A stretch of DNA of 63,762 nucleotides, the filler included, from Pseudovirgaria hyperparasitica (taxonomy: Eukaryota), in assembly GCA_010093815.1 (NCBI GenBank). It is 10 parts of 6 records of this genome, joined end to end, with 100 filler letters (N's around TTAATTAATTAA, not from the genome) between each part and the next. Parts side by side here need not be neighbours in the genome. Positions count along the whole stretch, not along the records: positions 23,463 to 29,006 come from ML996591.1; positions 29,107 to 30,947 come from ML996592.1; positions 31,048 to 33,375 come from ML996594.1; positions 33,476 to 45,405 come from ML996594.1; 6 more parts are not named here. One strand, given 5' to 3'. The notes under the pieces are model-generated. The model did no database searches, had not been told where the DNA came from, and was given only the letters and a program-made list of their open reading frames with translations. The position numbers were made by a program, and so were the translations under genes. Positions 27,172 through 40,437 of the stretch are shown here, in pieces. How positions within the stretch are numbered: position 1 is the stretch's first letter; each line of letters opens with the position of its first letter.

Positions 27172-29006
27172 AAAAAACTTCTTTTACATCCCTAAGAGGC
27201 TAACTTGGTCTATTCGGGGTAATATAGCGAGATATATACCTTAATCGATAGAGTATACCGAGTATACTAACTACTACTATACGCACGTACGTATAGCGTC
27301 GAAACTAAGACGTTATCACCGTATAAAGATATATATATACCCTCTTAAAATCCTTATAGAGATAGAGGCACGGACCACGCTACTAGAATACTAATACGCC
27401 GACCCCCTTTTATTAGTTAAGGGTAGCCCTTAACTAATAAATATAGCGGCCTTAGGCACTAATATACCCCGGTATATACTAGATATACCCCTACCGGTAT
27501 AATAGAAAAGACTATATAGCGATATTACTAAGGGTAGCTATATACCTATCTAAAACGTAGAATATACCTAAAGACGTATACTACTATAGATAGACGGAAT
27601 AAAGGGGACCCCGAGAGGGGAAACCCTCCTAGATTATATTAACTACTAGATAGTATATATAGAGAAGGAAGCCGGAGAGGGCTAGAAGACCCTTCTATAT
27701 ATATTCTAGAACCTTATCTAGAATCTAAAGGGAATTATAGAGGAGGAGAAGAAGATATAACTAGAAGAACTAGAGAGTAGACTCGACTAAATAGAGGCTA
27801 GCCTACGTAGAATCTAGGAGGAACTTACTTAAGGTAAGCGCCCTAGTATATAGATATAAATAGTAGTAATACTAGAAGCTNNNNNNNNNNACTAAATAGA
27901 GGCTAGCCTACGTAGAATCTAGGAGGAACTTACTTAAGGTAAGCGCCCTAGTATATAGATATAAATAGTAGTAATACTAGAAGCTATACTACGGGCCCCC
28001 CAGACCGGCGACACAGCATATAGTATACACGTCATAATCTAGGATAAGAATACCCTAGCATAGGTCTAGCGAGCATCCCTAAAGAATATAGTAAGTAAGA
28101 TTAACGAATAAAAGGGAATATAGTTAAATATTATCGCCACTAAACTCACGCTAGAAGGAGTAGTACTTACCACGATAACGAATATCACATAGTAGACTAT
28201 CTCGCGCAATCCAAACGCGATTAGTAGTATCTTTCTAGGCGCCTCTATTAGGGCGGCCATATACCTAATATAGATATACTTAGTATCTATACGGGGATAG
28301 GCTATCGGAGCGGAGGATATTACGCATATAGAATAATCTAACACACGAAAATACCTAGGGATTAAGATCGTAAAAGCATGGTAGAAGAACCTATAGGCGA
28401 TTAAGACGACAATAAAAAAACACTCTACTATAATTATAGAGCTCCAAGACCCCGCCCTTATATAATATATTATATAGGAGGGATTCCTAGTAGAAGGAGA
28501 GCTCCTTATAGCCGAGCCATAGAATAGAGCATAGATAATAATATAGTACTTTAACTATTAAGGGTATAGATATACTATATAAAGGTACTTATAGAAGACT
28601 AAGTACGGATAGTACCGGAGAGACCACGCTATCTAGGAGTACCCTTATAAACCGCGAGGAGACAGGCTAAGAAATAGAGATATAGTATAGTACTTAAACT
28701 ATAACGGGAAACACCCGTTATAGTTATTAACGTATATAAAACGTAAATAGATTATAGAATATATTCGTACGATAAAAGCGAGAGGCGCGAGATAGTTATA
28801 GAATATAATATCTACCTCGGGCCCTTCCTTTATAATACCCCTAACCTCCCCTCCAGAAGATAGTTAGGCGGGATAGTAGATTATCCCGAAGATAACAGAA
28901 CGACTAAAAGGTATAGTTAAAGCCGCTACCGCGTAAGGATAGTCGCGCCTCCGAGGAATAAGTATATAGATATATATACTCTCTAGTATCTAATAAGGGA
29001 CTAGAA
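27172..29006 (+). mobile_element. LINE 5' UTR + ORF1 (A/B chimera)
   Basis: Type A 5' end and palindrome at ~27410; type B sequence after ~28280. Confidence 0.9.
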
Positions 29007-29106
29007 NNNNNNNNNNNNNNNNNNNNNNNNNNNNNNNNNNNNNNNNNNNNTTAATTAATTAANNNNNNNNNNNNNNNNNNNNNNNNNNNNNNNNNNNNNN
29101 NNNNNN

Positions 29107-29786
29107 GGGCTATAGAAGGAACCGAGTAAATAGATATATAAAGGGCTAACGAAAGCCTAAGTATCTATACTTATCTAAGCCCGAACGGGCGCTATAGGAC
29201 TCCTATACTACCTCTATAAGAGAGGCGTCCCTGACGTGTCTCTATAGTATAAGGCGTACGGCCGGAGAGGTATAATACGCTACTATCTAGCTATATACCC
29301 TAACCTCTATATATAATAGTAATAGCTTATCCACGTTACGAAGACTTTAGATATTATATAATAGCTTAATAAGTACCCTAAGGACGTCTCCCGATAGATA
29401 CTTATATATCTACTACTCCTCTAGTACTAGTAGACCTAGAAATATATACCGGAAGAGACCCGGTATACGCCGGTAGTAACCTAATATATACCGGAAGAAC
29501 CCTAGGAGAACCCCGATTATTAGTTAAGGGCAGCCCTTAACTAATAACCTCCGCACCTATACGTGCTACCTAAGGGTAAAATAACGGTAATATAGGCTAT
29601 AGGCTAATAGACGTACTCTATAGCTATATACTTAAGACGAAATAGAGGTTTAACGAGATGTAGTTATAGATATAAGGAAGTTTTTCTCTATAGGGTTTCT
29701 TCTTATATAGTGGCTTAGACTAGAGGAGGCATAGGCCTGTAGAGTACTACTCTACCTAGTTATATAATATTATTATTATTATTATT
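29107..29786 (+). mobile_element. LINE 3' end with palindrome and tail
   Basis: Matches ~34769-35450. Confidence 0.9.
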
Positions 29787-30947
29787 ATAGAACTAGGGTA
29801 ACATATCCTTCTAGGAGACTTTAACCTCTACTACTAATAGTAGGGAGGTCTAGCCGTAGTTAGGGAAGAACTTAGAGTAAGGGAACTACGTACCCGCTAC
29901 TATGACTTTCTATACCTACTTACACCTATAGAATAAGTTATATAGAAAAAATATAAATAGAATAAAGACGGGTCTATACTTAACCTTACCTTTACCACGG
30001 AGTATATTAGTTACTAGATCTAATACTACCGCCTAGGCTAGGTATAGACGGATTCCGACTATAAATATATAGAAACCGTAATAAACGTATATACCCCGAA
30101 TAAATAATAGGGACAATAGATATAGAAGGATACTAACTAGGAAAAGTACCTAAAGGACCTAGAATCGGCGATTCTAGATCCCTCTATAGTCGATATATCT
30201 AATAACCTAGCCATAGACCAGGCCGTATAGACACTCCTATAAATATACTAGAATATAAGAAATAAATATATACTATACTAAATATACCGGCCCCCAGAAG
30301 TAAAGGGGATTCCTTAAGTATAGGAAAGTAGATAAGACGCCCGAAGGCTATATAGACGCGTATACTATACGAGAATATCTAAGTCGTAGAAAGAATAGAA
30401 GGAAGCGATATAATAACGCGATAAAGTCCTCCGTAATAAAAGGTATAAATAGTAGTGTATAATTACTAGTTAATAGATATAATACGTAATAGGGCTATAG
30501 CGTATAGTAAAATAGGCCAAGGGCGTAGACACTCCGACACCCCTACTACTTATACCTCCCCTAATATATTAGGGGAGAATATACTCTACGGGCCTTAAGA
30601 AAACTAAGGCCCTACGGGAGGCTATATTCCCTCTCCCGGAACTAGTAGATCTATTAGATATTCACGGCGCCGAATATCTATATATAGTAGACATCTCCGA
30701 AGAAGTTACGGAGGAGGATATACTTAATATTATTAAGATACGTCTAAATGATAAAGCACCTAGACTAGATAGAATTCTAAATCGATACCTAAAAAGTACT
30801 ATAAAAGCGACTCTACCGCTTATTACTTATATATTCTAAGCATACATTACGTAGGGGTACTACCCCTAGAGCTTCCGAGTCGCCTATACTATTATACTCC
30901 CGAAACTAGAAAAGAGCCCTAACTCCCTAAAGGGATAGAGACTAATC
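29787..30947 (+). mobile_element. LINE ORF2 internal fragment (host of the preceding insertion)
   Basis: Colinear with ~53756-54915; EN GDFN through the start of RT. Confidence 0.88.
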
Positions 30948-31047
30948 NNNNNNNNNNNNNNNNNNNNNNNNNNNNNNNNNNNNNNNNNNNNTTAATTAAT
31001 TAANNNNNNNNNNNNNNNNNNNNNNNNNNNNNNNNNNNNNNNNNNNN

Positions 31048-31358
31048 GAGTCTATAAGTTCTATAGAGTTCTACTCTACTCTATTCTATTCTAAGGAAAC
31101 TACTAGAGCTATAGAACGTATACGTACGTCTAGAGGTCTAGAAGATTCCTATTATTAATTAAGAGAAGGATCTAGAATGTATAAGGAGGAATATATAAGG
31201 AACGGTCTCTCTATATATTTAGTTCTCTCTACATCTAGTCTTTACTTTAAGAATTATACTATATTCTTATTATCTTTAAGCTATACTCCGCCGATCCGTT
31301 TATTATATAATAGTCTATTACGGCTAGATCCTATTATATAACTCTATTTAGATATATA
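31048..31358 (-). repeat. LTR-like repeat B (continues at 35451-35514)
   Basis: Reverse complement of 1-95 plus 3774-3985; split by a LINE with a 14-bp TSD. Confidence 0.85.
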
Positions 31359-34300
31359 GACCGATCTAAGATTTATATAAGCGATCTTAAAAGACTATTT
31401 ATATTATTCTATAGAGATACACACCTCAATCGATAGAGTACACCGAGTATACTAACTACTACTATATACACGTACGTGCAGCGTCGAAACCAAGATGTTA
31501 TCGCCGTATAAAGATATATATACACCCTCTTAAAATCCTTACGGAGACAGAGGCACGGACTACGCTACTAGAACGCCGACACGCCGACCCCCTTTTATTA
31601 GTTAAGGGTAGCCCTTAACTAATAAATATGGCGGCCTTAGGCACCGACATACCCCGGTATATACTAGATATACCCCTACCGGTACGATAGAAAAGGCTAT
31701 ATAGCGATATTACCGAGGGTAGCCATATACCTATCTAAAACGTAGAACACACCTAAAGGCGCACGCTACTATAGATAGACGGAATAAAGGGGACCCTAAG
31801 AGGGGAAACCCTCCTAGATTATATTAACTACTAGGTAGCACGTATAGAGAAGGAAGCCGGAGAGGGCTAGAAGACCCTCCTATATATATTCTAGAACCTT
31901 ATCTAGAATCTAAAGAGAATTACGGAGGAGGAGAAGAAGATATAACTAGAAGGACCGGAGGGTAGGCTCGACCGAATAGAGGCTAGTCTACGTAGAATCT
32001 AGGAGGAACTTACTTAAGGTAAGCGCCCTAGCATATAGGCATAAATAGTAGTAATACTAGAAGCTATACTACGGGCCCTCCGGACCGGTAACGCGGCGTA
32101 TAGTATACGCGTCGTAATCTAGGATAAGGACACCCTAGCATAGGTCTAGCGAGCATCCCTAAAGGACATAGTAAGTAAGATTAATAAATAAAAGGGAATA
32201 TAGTTAAATATCGTTACTACTAAACTTACGCTAGAAGGAGTGGTACTTACTATAATAACGAATATCGCGTAGTAGACTATCTTGCGCGATCCGAACGCGA
32301 TTAGTAGTATCTTTCTAGGCGCCTCTATTAGGGCGGCCACATACCCGATATAGGTATACTTAGTACCCGTGCGGGGATAGGCTATCGGAGCGGAGGATAT
32401 TACGCGTATAGAATAATCCAACGCGCGAAAATACCCAGGGATTAAGATCGTGAAAGCGTGGTAGAAGAACCTATAGGCGATTAAGAGGACGGCGAAAAAA
32501 CACTCTACTATAATTATAGAGCTCCGAGACCCCGCCCTTATATAATATATTATATAGAAGGGATTCCTAGTAGAAGGAGAGCTCCTTATAGCCGAGCCAT
32601 AGAATAGGGCATAGGTAATAATATAGTACTTTAACTATTAAGGGTATGGATATACTATATAAAGGTACTTATAGAAGACTAAGTGCGGATAGTGCCGTGG
32701 GGACCACGCTATCTAGGAGTACCCTCATGAACCGTAAGGAGACGGGCCAAGAAATAGGGATATAGTATAGTATTTAAACTACGACGGGAAACACCCGTTG
32801 TGGTCGTTAACGTGCATAAAACGTAAATAGATTATAGAATACATTCGCACGATAAAAGCGAGAGGCGCGAGATAGTTATAGAATATAATACCCACCTTAG
32901 GCCCTTCCTTTATAACACCCCTAACCTCCCCTCCGGAAGGTAGTTAGGCGGGATAGTAGATTATTCTAAAGACGATAGGACGACTAAAAGGTATAGTTAA
33001 AGCCGCTGCCGCGCGAGGATAGTCGCGCCTCTAAGGAATAAGTATATAGGTATATATACTCTCTAGTATCTAATAAGAGACTAGAATATACTCTAAATTA
33101 TATAGGTAAACGTATAATATAAAAGAGAGAACTAGGTAACGCTCCTCGAAGAGACCGGGGCCATAATACTCGCTATCTAGGAACCCTATAAATACTACTA
33201 GACGAGTAAACCAACCACACACCCCGGATACTATACTATACACCCTCTAGAACTAGAAAGACGAGTCCTCTTCCATATTCATAGGTTAATACTACTCTTA
33301 TTATAGTTATATACTAAGCGCGATAACCTTAGGATAATACTACACCTATAAATAGATATAGGCCCCCTATATATANNNNNNNNNNNNNNNNNNNNNNNNN
33401 NNNNNNNNNNNNNNNNNNNTTAATTAATTAANNNNNNNNNNNNNNNNNNNNNNNNNNNNNNNNNNNNNNNNNNNNTATAATCTCCTCCCTCCGAACTAGA
33501 AGGTAAAGATAGATAGCTCCCTAATAATAGCTATCTAATATATTATTAAAGTCGTCTAGGCCGTATAGAAGTAGGGACGGGTAGTATCGCTTCTCTCCCT
33601 TAATATAGCCGGAGCGTTTAATAAGGTAAACTATATAAGACTTATTCATAACCTCCGGATGAGACGAATACCGGAATAGATTATACGCTTTATATAGTTA
33701 TTCCTTATAGGAAGAACAACTTAGATATATATCCCTAGATACTAGAGCGAATATAAAGAGACGGTATACGGCATCCCATAAGGGAGTACTATCTCTCCGA
33801 TTCTATTCCTCTTCTTTACGGTAGATCTTCTTTAAGGAATAAAGTATATAGAGGTAGTTGGATACGCTAATAATATATATCTTCTAGCTATCGATAATAA
33901 TACTAACCGAACGTATAGAAGACTAGAATAGGACTATGAGAGGTACCTCTAGTAGGTAAAACGCCACGGAGTAAAGTTCGCCCCGGAGAAATACTAGCTC
34001 ATGCACTTTATTAATCGTTAAGGGAAATAGGTAACTAGGGAAGGCGAATAACGCCCCCAAATCAACGCATTTAACAAACTACTAGTATAAAGCATACACA
34101 CGCTCGGAGTTATACTAGATAGTAAGCTTAAATAGGGACTATAAGTAGTATACGCCGTCTCTAGGGCCCTCTAGATAGAAGCCGCTATATAACGGATTAT
34201 AGCCTCCACGTAGAGAACCGCCTAGGATAAGGCATGCTAGCTATATATATCTATAGCACGACCCGCCTTTACGTACGGACACGAGTACTAGTATACGGCC

Positions 34301-35450
34301 CTTATATAGACTAGGTAAATAAAGCTCGAATCTATATAGAACCGTATACTCCGTCTTATATTAGGCGTATATAAAGCTACTAACACGGTGCTACTACGAC
34401 GCGAGACAGACGTTATAAGTATATATAACTTCTACTAGATATAGAGGGTAGTATACTTTACTAAATAATAAGTATAGAAATATATAGGAAACGTAGAATA
34501 TACTTTTACCGCGCTATATGTATAAATTAGTATATATTACCGCGTACTTCTATATATAGGCCGGAATCAAATACGGTATAGGTACTTAATAGAAGCCGAC
34601 TCTAGCTAAGTAGTATAAGAAGTCCGAGATAACCCGGACGCTCTTCTAGACTAGTAGAGCCTTTAAGAACTTATAAAAAATATATAGTTATAGACTTAAG
34701 ATAAGTAGAAAGAGACACTCTATACCTACTAGATCTTCTAGTAGAATAGGTATCTAGAGTAGATTCGAGAGCTATAGAAGGAACCGAGTAAATAGATATA
34801 TAAAGGGCTAACGAAAGCCTAAGTATCTATACTTATCTAAGCCCGAACGGGCGCCATAGAACTCCTATACTACCTCTATAAGAGAGGCGTCCCTAACGTG
34901 TCTCTATAGTATAAGACGTACGGCCGGAGAGGTATAATACGCTACTATCTAGCTATATACCCTAACCTCTATATATAACGGTAATAGCTTATCTACGTTA
35001 CGAAGACTTTAGATATCGTATAATAGCTTAATAAGTACCCTAAGGACGTCTCCCGATAGATACTTATATATCTACTACTCCTCTAGTACTAGTAGACCCG
35101 GAAATATATACCGGAAGAGACCCGGTATATACCGGTAGTAACCTAATATATACCGGAAGAACCCTAGGAGAACCCCGATTATTAGTCAAGGGCAGCCCTT
35201 AACTAATAACCTCCGTACCTACACGTGCTACCTAAGGGTAAAATAACAGTAATATAGGCTATAGGCTAATAGGCGTACCCTATAGCTATATACTTAAGAC
35301 GAAATAGAGGTTTAACGAGATATAGTTATAGATATAAGGAAGTTTTTCCCTATGGGGTTTCTTCTTATATAGTGGCTTAGACTAGAGGAGGCATAGGCCT
35401 ATAGAGTACTACTCTACCTAGTTATACAATATTATTATTATTATTATTAT
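31359..35450 (+). mobile_element. LINE (A/B chimera), slightly 5'-truncated, with ~55 nt of extra 5' sequence
   Basis: TSD tatttagatatata at 31345-31358 and 35451-35464; both palindromes present (~31595, ~35179). Confidence 0.9.
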
Positions 35451-35514
35451 TATTTAGATATATATTCCTTATATAAGGAATATTATATATCTATTTATAC
35501 CTGCCCTTTTTACA
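35451..35514 (-). repeat. Terminus of LTR-like repeat B, inserted in Gypsy A gag
   Basis: Ends ...cctgccctttttaca (TG.. terminus on the minus strand) and directly abuts sequence homologous to 9028 onward. Confidence 0.8.
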
Positions 35515-36615
35515 ATTATCTTATTATTAAGTCTTAAAGATATAGCCCTAGGTCTACTTATATTCTTTAGCTCTATTACTAAAATATTAAAGGAGAAATT
35601 TAGTAAATATATTCTAGTTATAGATATTCTTAGAATATTTAATTTAGTATACTATCTAACGTTCTAAAGATATTAGATTAAGATAATTCTAGGTAAATCT
35701 AATTTTATTACTATTATTTATAAATAAATAGAAGAATTAGCTATATTAATAAGTCTATATATAGAAACTCTTTCTACTTTTACTATTAAAGTAAGATAGT
35801 TTCTTAGGTTAGAGTAATTAAGATAGTAGTAGACTAGAATAGACTATTTTAGTTAGTATAGATCTATATAGATATAAATTAGTTATTACTAGAACTAAAG
35901 TATATAATATAGCTTTAAGTTATCTTATAGTATATTCTTAAGCTTTATTAAGTTTATATAGTTATTACTTAAATTAAGTCTAATATTATCTCTCTTTATA
36001 TAGTCTAGTATATATATTATTATAGGGTATAGTTAATATTAGATAGTTCTAATAAATTAGCTTATTAATATTAATAGGGTCTAGTCTTATATTAAGGTTA
36101 GATCTAGTATAGTTTAAACTAGACTAAGATAGAGTATAATAGACTCTATTCTTATATTCTATTATATCTTCTATAGTTATATAGAATATTATATAAGTTA
36201 TTAGTATAATAGTCTATAAGATATAGTTATTAGTAAAGGTAGTTATAGATAGACTATTCTTCTTATTTAAGTTAGAAGAAGGTCTACTATAAGAGATAGT
36301 ACTATAAGTATTATAATAAGTAGTTAGAGCTATTTCTATAAACGACTATTATACTATATAAAAAGAAATTAAAATATAAGAATTATAGATATAGAATAGT
36401 AGTCTAATAGATTATAGAAGGATTTAGAAATATATTTAAAAGGGTAGTCTACTCTTATAATAAGGTTAATTTCTAAAGAGTAGAAATTAAGTATATATAG
36501 TCTACTTATATAGTACCCTTACTTAATCTAGCTAACTTAATCTATATCTACCTATTATAGAACTATACTAGACTATAGTAGTCTAGTTAAGTCTATTCTA
36601 GTATTAGTTCTAATA
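35515..36615 (-). mobile_element. Gypsy A 5' part (terminus + gag start)
   Basis: Colinear with 9028-10124 and ends at the same terminus. Confidence 0.88.
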
Positions 36616-37115
36616 TTCTCTCTCTCTATATATTATCTAGTAATTAATTTTATTTATAAGAGTTTCTCTAAGTAGAGTTTCCTCTATTTTAGTTATTTAT
36701 AATATTTTATATTTTTAGCTATTTTTTATTTTCTAGATAGAGATTTAGTTATTCTAGAATATACTACTATATAACTATTTCTACTATATACATAGTAGAG
36801 ATATATCTAGTAGAAGCTAGAGTATATTAGTATCTAGAGCTACTATAATTATTAGTTAAGGGCTATTCTTAACTAATAAAAGAAGATTAGTATATTAGTA
36901 TTTCTTAGTAGTAGTCTATACTTATATCTTTAAAGAGCTTTTAAGTATATATATATAGTATCTCTATATATTAGTATTATTATATATTATATACTATATA
37001 TATATATATATTAGAGGTTATTATACTTAGTATACTCTATTAATTAATATATATAGATTACTATATTACTCTAAATTAACTAATTTTAGTTCCTTAGAGT
37101 ATAAGAAGTTTTTTC
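36616..37115 (-). mobile_element. Old LINE 5' UTR/ORF1 start
   Basis: Degenerate palindrome at ~36849; 5' end gaagtttttt at ~37105-37114. Confidence 0.82.
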
Positions 37116-37236
37116 TCTATATTTATATTATAATAAGTATAGTATAAATTATAAAGGGTATTACATATTCATAGAATAATTTATAGTATATTCATTTAAT
37201 ACTAAGCCCTTATATAATACTTTGATAACTATCTAT

Positions 37237-38987
37237 CTACTCATCGTCATTTACATCAATGATTGTGTTAGTCCACTGGCGAGCAGGGATTCGACGCTTA
37301 AACATAATATCAATTTCACGGTACGAACGATGCTTCATCTCAGGCAGTCCAAAGTATGCAACTACAAGACAAACGAATGCTGTGGCACCCCTAGTCAATG
37401 TTAGTCGACGCCTAGATGTCTTTGAGTCGTATAGAAAGCATGTTGAACTTACCAAACATATCCACACTTGCCGCCCAGGTTACCGCCGGTCGGGTTCAGC
37501 ATATAAGAGGCAAGGAAGATACAGGGAATTTCAACAATATAGTATGTAGCACGACCCATACCGGTTGTAAGTGGTCGCAGACGCAGAGCCGAGGTTTCTC
37601 CAATGATAACCCAAGAAGCTGGAGCAGGTCCAAGCGTAAAGAGAACGGAAACGATAAGACCCAGAGAAGCCTGCGCCAAGGAGGACGCGTCACTATACTG
37701 GTTAATAGATGCTGCGACACCCAGAGAGATAAGGAGAACAAAGTTTGCACCAGAACCCCATAGGTAGATTGAACGACGCCCGAAGTAGGTCGTTAGAATC
37801 CATGAAATCATAACGAAGATCATCTGAAGTGCGGAAGTGATAAGACCCAAAGCAAAAGCAAGTTGAACACCGATACCGGCCTGTCTGAAAAAGTATACAG
37901 CCTGGTTGGCGATGAGATTCCCAGTGAGATTCTGTGCTGCGTAGACACCGCACACAATGAGAGTTCGTCGAAGATCTGTCCCCTTGAATAACTCGATATG
38001 ATTGGGCTGTGCGTCATTTTTCTCCATCTCCACGACACGGCGCATCATGGCAAGAGTCTCGGTCGTCTTCATCTGATCCTTACGTCCAAGACGCTCCACA
38101 GATTTCGCTGCTTCTTCGAGACGTCCCTTTCGAGTTAGCCACCAGGGGCTTTCAGGCGAGAAATAAATGAGGATGGCAAGAGGGGTCGGGAAAAGCCATT
38201 GGAGCGCAATGGGGATTCTGTATGCGGATTCGTCCAAGTGGTCGTTGTAGACGTAGGTTACGGCGCCAACAATAATGCTTCCGATAGCCCAAAACATCTG
38301 CAGCATCTGGGTTGCAGGAGCTCTGAGTTGAATGGGCACGATTTCACTGCAGTATGCCGGTGCATTAGCAATAAATATACCCCATGGGATGCCCTCGAGA
38401 AGTTGGGCAGCGAAAATGACAGGAAGCGAGTCACCAAAGTAAAAGACGAGGATGAAGGCATTCAGAAGCATCAGGCCAAAGATATTTGCCCATCGATATC
38501 CAATGTGGCTGGTCAGAGGTCCTGCGAGGAAGACACCGATGAGAGCACCGAGCTGTCCAGACACCTGAAGGGCTGACTGCCACTTTGTTTCGATGACCAA
38601 ACTGCCATCTGCCGGATTGACGACGCCGTATCTGTTAATGAACTGTAGAAAAGATCAGTATAGACCAAGGCGTGGACAGCTTGTACTACACGCACAGCAG
38701 GAAGTGCTACAAAATTGCCGATGAGAAAGACGTCATACGACTCCATGATCTAGGGACTGTCAGCGACGTTGATTTGTTGTGTGAAGTACCCAGCTCCCTA
38801 CAATGGTGCACGAGATGACGAAAGCCCAGAAGGAAGCCATGGGATAAGCCTTCACGGCCTGCATGACGGTCATGTCATGTTCAGCATTCTCAGCTTCAAT
38901 AGCATCGGCTTTGTAGTCGGCAACCTGAGCCTTCTCAACAAAGGCAGCACCATGTTTATCGTCGACGTAATGCTTTTCGGGATCCAT
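37237..38987 (-). CDS. MFS sugar porter, alpha-glucoside/maltose permease-like, 527 aa; exons 38987-38802, 38749-38696, 38642-37453, 37390-37237
   Basis: Three GT-AG introns (52, 53, 62 nt) with CTGAC/CTGAT/CTAAC branch-like sites; spliced length 1584 nt, open; motifs MESYD, IGYR, YCSEIVP..LR, PESPWWL.RKGR, FGRR, GETS..LR, PEMKHRSY.EID.MF. Confidence 0.95.
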
Positions 38988-39600
38988 GCTAGATGATATC
39001 GTGTGCTATGTTGTCGAAGGACTGGGCTGAAGGACAACGGACGCAAAATGCCGGGTCGAGCGCGATTGATATAGAATCTTGAATGGCAATTCGCAAGCAA
39101 CAGACAGGCGGCGCCATCTCATGGCAAAGCATGGCTTGGGCCCTGTCTATCTATGGTCTGGAGAAGCGGATCCCGGGAGGGATGAGGAGGAGGAGAAGTC
39201 GAAGTAGCTTGATCGCTAGACTGCCCGTGCGCTCGTGAAAAATGCTTAGAAACAGGCAGCTGTCAAACAGTAGACCGGCGTCCAATCCTCACCACTTGTT
39301 AATGATACAGCCGTCGTATGTAGGTCTCTGGGACTCACTGGTGGGTTAGGTGGGATATCTCCAGCCGAGGCCACCTCCGGTTAGCTAATGTACATTTATT
39401 ATCCGCCAATAGTACTGGAATAGTCGAAAGCCTCCCGGTGGAGCGTAGTCGCAACGCTTAGCATAGTCAATATCATCCGGTGGGGCCATGGGTGAAAGTG
39501 ACGGTCTAGGGCCGAAAAGTCAACACTATCCCTCGTTTTCCTAGAACCTGAGTCGCTTAGCATTTTTCGATTCTACGCGTGTGTTTACACACCCTAATCA
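38988..39600 (-). promoter_or_regulatory. Un-RIPed 5' UTR/promoter of the transporter
   Basis: GC-balanced unique sequence upstream of the ATG; TATA-like CTATATCAA ~80 nt upstream (39065-39073); several CGG/CCG triplets. Confidence 0.55.
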
Positions 39601-39719
39601 GATAGCTTTTTTACCTCTCTACCTCTATATAAGAGTCTATATATAATAATATCTATATAGACTTATAGAGTAGAGTAAGGCGATTAATTCTATATTATTT
39701 TTAAGCTCTATACTCTTAA

Positions 39720-40402
39720 ATTAACTCTATAACAAGAGGGTCTAGTTTCTTAGAGAAGAGAAAGAAGGTAGTTTTCCTAGAACCTAACGTGGTTTTTATA
39801 TAGCTCTCTTCTAAGAACTTTTTAAAATTCTTTTCTATCTCTTTAAGAGAACTTTAAAAGAATTAAATAACTTTATAGAAGGATAGAGATATATCTAATT
39901 AATTATTATATCTACTTTTTAAAGCTCTTATATACTTAGAATAGATATAAAAGTAGAAAGAGCTCTATATATAAAGATAGAAAAGAGAATATATATATAC
40001 TAGTACTAGTAACTTAGGTTCTAGAAAAATAATAGATCTACTAGTTATAGTCTATAGCTATAGAAGTAGTTAAATATTATCTTATTATATATTATAAGAA
40101 AACTAAGTATAAATATTAGTTTACTACGTTTAGCTATTAGATCTATATTTTAGATTATCTAATATAGTCTTATCTATATACTTAGTTAGTCTACTCTATA
40201 ATCTCTATAGATATTCTTCTTAGTCTAGATCTTCTTATAATAGTCTTATCTATTAATAGCTTTTCTCTAAATTCTAGTAGAATATACTTATAGCTAGAGA
40301 CTCTATCTTAAGATTAATAAGTATTCTAATTTTATTCTAGTTAATAAGATAATACTTACTATAAAAGTATCTATCGTTTTTCTAGAACCTAATAAGTAAG
40401 AA

Positions 40403-40437
<35 letters not shown>

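Noticed and set aside
27891..27985. ~95-bp tandem duplication in LINE ORF1
   Set aside because: Identical sequence on both sides of a 10-N gap; unmerged contig overlap
37222..39100. Short overlapping ORFs in other frames around the transporter
   Set aside because: Explained by the spliced transporter CDS and its antisense or alternative frames
39158..39485. Four CreA-type SYGGRG sites (39158, 39359, 39438, 39480)
   Set aside because: About two are expected by chance in 600 bp; plausible for a sugar transporter but not supportable
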